Assembly (NCBI GenBank): GCA_041666065.1
Contig: JBAYHQ010000001.1
Location: forward strand, 1 to 50,586
Direction of reading: 5' to 3'
Source: Minisyncoccota bacterium
Lineage (GTDB): Bacteria > Patescibacteriota > Minisyncoccia > Phycocordibacterales > Phycocordibacteraceae
Length of the DNA: 50,586 nucleotides
The notes under the pieces are model-generated. The model did not search any database. It was not told the DNA's origin and saw only the letters and a program-made list of their open reading frames with translations. The translations under genes were made by a program, and so were the position numbers. Positions 44,708 through 50,586 of the stretch are shown in pieces; the stretch's first letter is position 1; each line of letters starts with the position of its first letter.

Positions 44708-45835
44708 ATGGCTGACAAAGAGATTCTTTCTGTTGATTGGCAGCTCTGGATACAGCGGAAAGGGCTAGATATCTTCAGCGTCAGCCTATTCCATATAGAA
44801 GAAGAGGGGCTTCTGCGCGCTGTCATCGGTGGCGGCACTTCAAAGCAGCTCTGTGTCTGCGAGGGCGATGATTATCTGTTTATTCGCTCAACAAGCGACT
44901 TTGCGCAGATGTATAACGACATCGCGGCGTTCATCCGTAAGCAGCCCCTCGGATATTTTGAGAAAGTATTTGAGAAAGCTCGCACGATGCCTGAGGTGAC
45001 CCGCGATCTCATCAAGCGAGTTTCTGGCTATTCCGACACTGAAGTGGTAGAGAACTTCCAAAACATCACTGACGATATCATGGCCGTCATTCTCTATAAC
45101 ACCTCTATTCCGTATTTCTTGCTGTCAACGCTGGAGACGCACGCTGATATACCGCCGGCTCACTATGACCTTCTCATGCGAGAGTCTGAGAAATTGCGCG
45201 CGACATCGCTCTTCCATGACCTCATGACCTCTGTGTACGGGAGGATATTTGATGTGTTATCGCGCCGTTTCGGAGTGGAGAGGGCCCATGCCTCATTCCT
45301 CTCGGTAGAAGAAATGGCCGACATGGTAAACGGGAAAGCCGCCGCGCCAAGCGCGAATGAGCTCGTCGCACGAGAGAAGTGTGTCGTGTGGATGGACAAA
45401 ACGCAGAACAGGACGCTCTTCTCCTACGACGAAGGGCTTCGCGAAGAAATAAAAGAACGGGTGTGGAATCAGCTTAAGCCAAGAGTGGACGCTAGTGGAG
45501 CATCGCTGCTGAAAGGGAATACCGCCTTCGGCGGCAAGGTGTCGGGGGCTGTGAAGATCGTCACCTCTGCCGCCACCATGGCCAAGATGGCCAGAGGAGA
45601 CATCCTCGTCGCCCACACTACGAACCCAAGCTTGATGCAGGCTATCTCGCTCGCAGGTGCAATAGTGACCGATGAGGGCGGTATCGGCTGTCATGCCGCT
45701 ATCGTCGCCCGCGAGCTGAAAGTACCGTGCATCATCGGGACACGAATCGCGACTCAAGTCCTCCACGACGGCGATATGGTTGAGGTAGATGCCAACAACG
45801 GAGTGGTTAGGATAATAAAGGGAATTGTTACATAA
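44708..45835 (+). CDS. stand-alone module: about 267-aa helical domain + C-terminal phosphohistidine swivel domain
   Basis: The C-terminus reads LLKGNTAFGGKVSGAVKIV...AHTTNPSLM...IVTDEGGIGCHAAIVARELKVPCIIGT...DGDMVEVDANNGVVRII. The swivel spans about 45509-45826 and the His codon is 45692-45694. Confidence 0.8.
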   Translation: MADKEILSVDWQLWIQRKGLDIFSVSLFHIEEEGLLRAVIGGGTSKQLCVCEGDDYLFIRSTSDFAQMYNDIAAFIRKQPLGYFEKVFEKARTMPEVTRDLIKRVSGYSDTEVVENFQNITDDIMAVILYNTSIPYFLLSTLETHADIPPAHYDLLMRESEKLRATSLFHDLMTSVYGRIFDVLSRRFGVERAHASFLSVEEMADMVNGKAAAPSANELVAREKCVVWMDKTQNRTLFSYDEGLREEIKERVWNQLKPRVDASGASLLKGNTAFGGKVSGAVKIVTSAATMAKMARGDILVAHTTNPSLMQAISLAGAIVTDEGGIGCHAAIVARELKVPCIIGTRIATQVLHDGDMVEVDANNGVVRIIKGIVT

Positions 45836-46662
45836 TGAGGAGCATGGGAAAATTTGAGAAATTGGCATCTGCCGGATACTTAGATAAAACTCGCGAACAA
45901 AGCGCCCGTAGGAGCATAAGTTCTGAGGAGTACCAAGATTTGGAAAAGAAGATGTCTTCGCGTCTTACCGACCAACCATGGGAGAAAGAGGGGAGTATGA
46001 GATTCTCTATTAAAGGGGAGGGCGAAGACGCTCTCCCCACCTCATTTTCTATAGAATACGACTCAGAGAGCACCCCTGAGTTAGAAAAATATCGCCACCA
46101 AATACGCGGATGGACGCCGGATGACGACATGGACGACATGGTGACCATAAATATGGGTACGTTTAGGAGGATTAAGGACTTAAGGATTGAGCATGCCGGA
46201 AATAAATTTGATATGCGAGCGGCAGTTAGGAATCTGGACGTTTATACCTACATCGGGAACGAACCTCGCAAGCAAGTCATAATCAAAGGCCAACATGGTG
46301 TGTATGGTCTTCGTTCTCGCCACGCAGAGATTATCTTCACTACATTTGACCCGACCTCTATCTTCGGACTTATGGTATTACTCCATGAAATAGGGCATGA
46401 AGTAAAAGAGTCAGCCTACACAATAAAAGAGAGCGGCTTTAAGAAGCAAAGCGGCGCAAAGATTGAAAATGGTGAGGCTACGACTGTCGCCGAAAAAGTA
46501 AGCCTGATTGAAAACGAAAGATCAGCTGATGCTTTCGCATTACACACACTGTACCGCCTGATGGGCAAAAATGTTGATATGACCAAGATAAATAAAATAT
46601 TCCATTCTGGGCAGTCTGGAGCTCAGGGGAGACTAAAGTGGAGTCCTGATGCAAAGCTGTGA
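45835..46662 (+). CDS. hypothetical HExxH protein (putative zinc-dependent hydrolase/peptidase)
   Basis: LLHEIGHEV (HEIGH at 46384-46398) is followed by ENERSADAF, which could supply a Glu ligand. GC is lower (hand count 43% for 46141-46200). The start overlaps the previous stop (TAATG). Confidence 0.5.
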   Translation: MRSMGKFEKLASAGYLDKTREQSARRSISSEEYQDLEKKMSSRLTDQPWEKEGSMRFSIKGEGEDALPTSFSIEYDSESTPELEKYRHQIRGWTPDDDMDDMVTINMGTFRRIKDLRIEHAGNKFDMRAAVRNLDVYTYIGNEPRKQVIIKGQHGVYGLRSRHAEIIFTTFDPTSIFGLMVLLHEIGHEVKESAYTIKESGFKKQSGAKIENGEATTVAEKVSLIENERSADAFALHTLYRLMGKNVDMTKINKIFHSGQSGAQGRLKWSPDAKL

Positions 46663-46684
46663 TGGCAAACTAGTTAAGTAATGT

Positions 46685-47704
46685 ATGGAGAAAATCGTAT
46701 TGCAGAAGAATTACTCGCGAGACTTCACGCTCATATTGGAACAGTTGTGGGTGGGCGCTTTCAAGCGGAACATCAAAGCCGAGTACGGTTTTGAAACGCC
46801 CTATCCACCATACGTGGTGCTACATGTGACAGACGAAAATCTGGAGATATGGGAGCACGAGAAGGCTATTGGCTCTTTTCAAGATTGGCTACTGGAGAAG
46901 AATACTGTGAGCACCGATTTCCTGCGGCAGATAGTACGCGAGTACGAAGACTTGATGGCGGTAATAGAGGGCCACTGGAAGAGGGGCGGCACGAAAGATC
47001 TTGAGACTATCGCGGAGTATCTAGCAGCCTCGGAAAAAGCGGTAACACTCTTCTGTATCTGGTACTACTCGTGTATAGACGAACGGACGCCGGAGACGGC
47101 GCAAGCGATCGCTCGTCCGCTCCGCGAGAAGGACGAGTTCTTCGCGAAGAACGACAAGCACATCAAGGACTGTGTCGTGGCTCTCGGTGGGAAGCGGGAA
47201 CTGGCAAATCTTATCCTGCTCTCAGAATTCCCGAACATTCCGAGTGAGGAGACGCTCCGAGCCCGCACGAGTGGCGTCGTGGTCGTAGACGCCGACGAGG
47301 TATTCTTCTCTCCGCTTCCACAGTTCGCTGCGGAGCACCCAGAATACGTATTTGAAGATTTACAGCCGATCACCGAGACTCCCAAAGAGCTTTCAGGAAG
47401 TATCGCCTACAAGGGCTCGGTCACGGGGAGGGTACGGGTTGTGAAGAACGTGCGCGCGATGGATGGCGTCCACGATGGCGACATCATCGTGTCGCCCATG
47501 ACCACACCAGATTTCATAGCGGCGATGCGGAGAGCGGCAGCATTTGTGACCGATGAAGGCGGCATTATGTGCCACGCTGCCATCGTCGCGCGGGAGATGA
47601 AGAAGCCCTGCATCACGGGTACAAAGTTCGCCACGCAAGTCCTCCGCGACGGCGATCTTGTGGAGGTGGATGCCGATAGGGGAGTCGTACGGATATTGAA
47701 ATAG
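46685..47704 (+). CDS. stand-alone module: about 235-aa helical domain + C-terminal swivel domain
   Basis: The C-terminus reads LSGSIAYKGSVTGRVRVV...SPMTTPDFI...FVTDEGGIMCHAAIVAREMKKPCITGT...DGDLVEVDADRGVVRIL. The His codon is 47573-47575. Confidence 0.8.
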   Translation: MEKIVLQKNYSRDFTLILEQLWVGAFKRNIKAEYGFETPYPPYVVLHVTDENLEIWEHEKAIGSFQDWLLEKNTVSTDFLRQIVREYEDLMAVIEGHWKRGGTKDLETIAEYLAASEKAVTLFCIWYYSCIDERTPETAQAIARPLREKDEFFAKNDKHIKDCVVALGGKRELANLILLSEFPNIPSEETLRARTSGVVVVDADEVFFSPLPQFAAEHPEYVFEDLQPITETPKELSGSIAYKGSVTGRVRVVKNVRAMDGVHDGDIIVSPMTTPDFIAAMRRAAAFVTDEGGIMCHAAIVAREMKKPCITGTKFATQVLRDGDLVEVDADRGVVRILK

Positions 47705-47706
47705 GT

Positions 47707-48750
47707 ATGGACAAGGCCCCACGAAGTCTTGATTTGTTCGGGTACAGAGACTTCACGCTGGCGACGGCCCAGATAGGGACTGAGGCCGAGTCGCTCGGAC
47801 TGTATCTTGGTGACTTCAAACTCGCGCAGCCGTATTTCGTAGTGGAGAGGAGAGAAGGGAAGTCAGGGTACTTCATTGATACTGCGCAAGTGAATCGGCA
47901 GAAAGAAATTATTCTGGAGAAAATCGAAGCTGATAAAGGCTTTGTAGACACGCTCATAGACACCTCGGCGGGATATTACGACGAGCTTGAGTCGGCGCTC
48001 ACGGAAGGACGGCCGCTCTCGCGAGCTGAGTTCTCAGGTCTCGTAGAGCCCTTCATTAACGCATGGAGCTGGATGGCAGGGTGGTGGTGGGCGACAGAGG
48101 CGATGGAGGAGAGGAATCTACACCCTGAACTGGTGGAGAAAATAATGGTCTTCAGAAGAAAGACCGAAAAAATCATCCCGCAAATTGACCACCTCACCCG
48201 CGTGACCGCAGAGACTCTTTACCCAGAAATCACGGAGTACGCAGATGCACTTACAGTAGAAGAAATAATAAACGGGAAGATACCTTCGGAGAGCGAATTG
48301 CGGGAAAGGATGCACCACCATCTCGTCGTGAACAACAAGGTCTTTACCGGCGAGGAGATAGACAAGGTTCTGAGCGACATGGGAATAATCCTGACCGTGC
48401 CAGAAGTGACTCATTTCAAAGCGGCGGACGGTACGCTCACAGGACAGACAGCTTACAAGGGGAAGTACACCGGCAAGGTATCTATCGTGTTTACCAGAGA
48501 AGATGCGGGCGATTTCAAAGCAGGCGACGTGCTCGTAGCGAGCTCCACGACGCCCGACTTCATACACGCTATCAAGAAGGCGGGCGCTATGGTCGCCGAC
48601 GAAGGTGGTATCATCTCGCACGCAGCCATCACAAGCCGCGAACTGAAAATCCCGTGCATCATCGGCACAAAAATAGCGACTCAAGTCCTCCGTAATGGAG
48701 ATGTTGTTGAAGTGGACGCAGACAATGGTATCGTTAGGATACTTTCATAA
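47707..48750 (+). CDS. stand-alone module: about 243-aa helical domain + C-terminal swivel domain
   Basis: The C-terminus reads LTGQTAYKGKYTGKVSIV...ASSTTPDFI...MVADEGGIISHAAITSRELKIPCIIGT...NGDVVEVDADNGIVRIL. The His codon is 48619-48621. Confidence 0.8.
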   Translation: MDKAPRSLDLFGYRDFTLATAQIGTEAESLGLYLGDFKLAQPYFVVERREGKSGYFIDTAQVNRQKEIILEKIEADKGFVDTLIDTSAGYYDELESALTEGRPLSRAEFSGLVEPFINAWSWMAGWWWATEAMEERNLHPELVEKIMVFRRKTEKIIPQIDHLTRVTAETLYPEITEYADALTVEEIINGKIPSESELRERMHHHLVVNNKVFTGEEIDKVLSDMGIILTVPEVTHFKAADGTLTGQTAYKGKYTGKVSIVFTREDAGDFKAGDVLVASSTTPDFIHAIKKAGAMVADEGGIISHAAITSRELKIPCIIGTKIATQVLRNGDVVEVDADNGIVRILS

Positions 48751-48751
48751 C

Positions 48752-49108
48752 ATGTACACCATACGGATTATTGAAGGGGAAATAACCAAGCCAGAGCTTC
48801 GCCGTATGGCCGAAGAGATATTTGGCGACATGGTGAAAGGTACGGCTGATATTACAAAAGATACGATGGCGCTCGGAGGCGAGATGCACATAGACAGTAA
48901 CCAACTACTGCTCGACACGGGTTCGGAGCAACAGAATGTCTGGGGTTTTAACATTTATCCAGATCAGCCAGTAGAGAGCTGGATAGAATACAATTCCTTG
49001 GTTAACATAAAACCGGTTTTGGGGAATAGGTCACCAGATATTCTAGATGCCAGTGTCAGAGAAAAAATAAAAGACATCGTCCTAAAACACGTCTCGTTAC
49101 ATGAATAA
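48752..49108 (+). CDS. DUF5674-like small protein
   Basis: MYTIRIIEGEITKPELRRMAEEIFGDMVKGTADITKDTMALGGEMHIDSNQLLLDTGSEQQNVWGFNIYP...NIKPVLGNRS matches my recollection of the DUF5674 pattern (FGDMVKAVVDI...ELHAD...LWGINLYP). The family name needs HMM confirmation. Confidence 0.55.
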   Translation: MYTIRIIEGEITKPELRRMAEEIFGDMVKGTADITKDTMALGGEMHIDSNQLLLDTGSEQQNVWGFNIYPDQPVESWIEYNSLVNIKPVLGNRSPDILDASVREKIKDIVLKHVSLHE

Positions 49109-49430
49109 TATACACACCGAGACAATCAACACTCGATGGAGTCAGTTCACACTGGCGCAACAGATGGCTAGCGTGGCAAGCGAGTTCGCCAGACTCTCTT
49201 CTTGGTGCGCGAAAGGGAACGAGACCCTTGCAAAGAGTTCGGCCGCGAGGACTATAGACCTCGTAGACGCAATGCTGCGTGATAGCCGATGGAAGGGCCG
49301 AGAACTTGAGTTCAGGAATCTCAAGGTGGCGGTTGAGTCTATGGTCGCGCCGGAACATTTTGGAACAGTTGGTGGGGAGGCGGTACAGCGTAGCCTCGCG
49401 CCTTTTTTCGCCCTCGCAGCCCTATCGTAA
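49101..49430 (+). CDS. small helical hypothetical protein
   Basis: The 109-aa ORF overlaps the previous gene by 8 nt and the next by 1 nt (TAATG). I recognise no family. Confidence 0.5.
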   Translation: MNNIHTETINTRWSQFTLAQQMASVASEFARLSSWCAKGNETLAKSSAARTIDLVDAMLRDSRWKGRELEFRNLKVAVESMVAPEHFGTVGGEAVQRSLAPFFALAALS

Positions 49431-50586
49431 TGGCATATAAACTCATAGAGAAGTTCAAGAAGATCATCGGGAGCGACCCTGTCGTGGTTATCCACGCCTC
49501 TATCTCGCCCCTCTTTATGAATGTCGCATGGAGTCGCGGCGAACACCCGATACCCTCGCTCTCCTTAGTGAGAGGCCGCGACAATTACATCTCTTTCAAC
49601 GAGAGGCGTTACTTCGCGCTCGCGACGGATATGTTTCGTCGGTATTACGAAGGGAAGGTAAGTATTGAAGAACTTGAAGACAGGTACCGCGAATACGAGA
49701 GGCATGCCCAAGAGATGTACGACGAAGTGACCCGCACAGACCTCGGAGCACTATCAGACGATGAGCTGAAGGCGTATATGGACAGGATTGACGGTCTCTA
49801 CACCGAGCTTCTAGACACCATTTATATAGAGACCATAGACTACGACAAGATACTTTCCGTCATCGGTGCTGAACACCAACAAGAACTGGATAAGGTATGG
49901 GAGAAGGCGACACAGCCGACCTTCGTGTCTTTTGAGGGACGGTACCTGCGCAACATGACCGATCTTGTGTCCTCAGGTCAGGAGGACACTGTCCGAGAGG
50001 CACGGTTTATGTTTACCGACTATTCATGGACAAAAAGTAGTGATGAGATCATAGCCGCTCTTGCTGCAGTACGAGACAGCTTAGACGAAAAGAGACGAGA
50101 AGTAGAACGGCTCTATGCTGAAGCCAGGGCCAAGGAAGAGGTGTTCTCGGCGTGGGAGGACACGCTCAGCCCTCGTGCGCGGCGTATCGCAGCCTATACG
50201 CAGATGGTGATGTGGATGCGCGATGCGAGGAAAGACCCTATCGCGCAGATGCTCGCGGTGCTCGTAGAAATCGCGACTATCATGACCAAGCGCGCCGACA
50301 TAGAGCTCCGCCACGCTCCATTTATCCAATTCCACGAGTGCGTGAAGGGCGTGGAGCACCTCAAGCAGATGAAAGCGCATATTGAGGCGCGAGAGGAGGG
50401 GAGCGTCTATCTCGCGCACCCTGACAAGACGTACGAGATAGAGCATCGCGATTTTGAAGAAGCCTTGGCCGAGTTCAACGAATGGACGATGCCGCAGGCA
50501 CACGAGTCGTCCGAACTCCGAGGTCAGATCGCCTGTCGTGGTCAAGTGCGCGGCATCGTACGGGTAGTATCTGACCCCCATGACGA
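49430..50586 (+). CDS. stand-alone module (partial, runs off window): at least 362-aa helical domain + start of a swivel domain
   Basis: It is not in the ORF track because it is open-ended. Hand translation gives MAYKLIEKFKKIIGSDPVVVIHASISPLF...VMWMRDARKDPIAQM...ELRGQIACRGQVRGIVRVVSDPHD with no stop. The last 24 aa match the N-terminal strand of the other swivel domains. Confidence 0.75.
   Translation, partial: MAYKLIEKFKKIIGSDPVVVIHASISPLFMNVAWSRGEHPIPSLSLVRGRDNYISFNERRYFALATDMFRRYYEGKVSIEELEDRYREYERHAQEMYDEVTRTDLGALSDDELKAYMDRIDGLYTELLDTIYIETIDYDKILSVIGAEHQQELDKVWEKATQPTFVSFEGRYLRNMTDLVSSGQEDTVREARFMFTDYSWTKSSDEIIAALAAVRDSLDEKRREVERLYAEARAKEEVFSAWEDTLSPRARRIAAYTQMVMWMRDARKDPIAQMLAVLVEIATIMTKRADIELRHAPFIQFHECVKGVEHLKQMKAHIEAREEGSVYLAHPDKTYEIEHRDFEEALAEFNEWTMPQAHESSELRGQIACRGQVRGIVRVVSDPHD

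Noticed and set aside
40541-50586. The repeated about 300-nt units could be a CRISPR array or a non-coding tandem repeat.
   Set aside because: The repeats are 1-1.5 kb apart, lie in frame inside long ORFs and are conserved mainly at the protein level, so they are paralogous coding domains. No short direct-repeat/spacer pattern exists anywhere in the window.
1-50586. An alternative genetic code (UGA recoded), as in some candidate phyla.
   Set aside because: Well-supported genes terminate at TGA at the expected protein ends (for example scpA at 29596-29598, murG at 35740-42 and gltX at 37071-73), and conserved proteins need no in-frame TGA read-through. The standard bacterial code fits.

Overview
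The window is a densely packed, almost entirely + strand chromosomal segment from a small-genome bacterium. Short aaRS forms, fused ribosomal-protein operons and many orphan membrane or secreted ORFs are reminiscent of CPR/Patescibacteria; that placement is an inference and no search was run.

Core content:
- a partial M13 peptidase on the - strand
- a short alaS
- infA-rpmJ-rpsM-rpsK-rpsD-rpoA-rplQ-rplM-rpsI
- grpE-dnaK-(orphan)-dnaJ
- tyrS, tRNA-Tyr, a pyrD-like gene, trpS, an M19-like dipeptidase, aspS, pepA
- scpA-(orphan)-scpB
- a dac-mraY-ftsW-murG-gltX-M23 peptidase block

Two accessory regions stand out.
1. An AT-rich island (about 10.72-14.9 kb) sits between the rpsI terminator and grpE. 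It carries a Clp-fold (SDH-family) serine protease, a small-ORF/170-aa pair, a secreted Y/N/P-rich peptide, a GNAT acetyltransferase and a family of ACTTGG...CCAAGT hairpins.
2. The most interesting part is a translationally coupled operon of at least 10 genes (38429 to beyond 50586). It is built from seven paralogous modules of the form [helical acceptor-like domain + phosphohistidine swivel domain]. Three modules are fused into one 1661-aa protein that also carries the only PPDK_N-type ATP-grasp domain, and four are stand-alone. No PEP/pyruvate TIM-barrel domain is present anywhere in the operon. A GspS-like ATP-grasp ligase, an HExxH protein, a DUF5674-like protein and a small helical protein are interleaved.

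Inside this operon there are exact 29-35 nt repeats and sharp GC mosaicism, which point to module shuffling.

All coordinates and start codons were derived by hand from the sequence and the ORF track. Family calls rest on recognised motifs, not on database searches.
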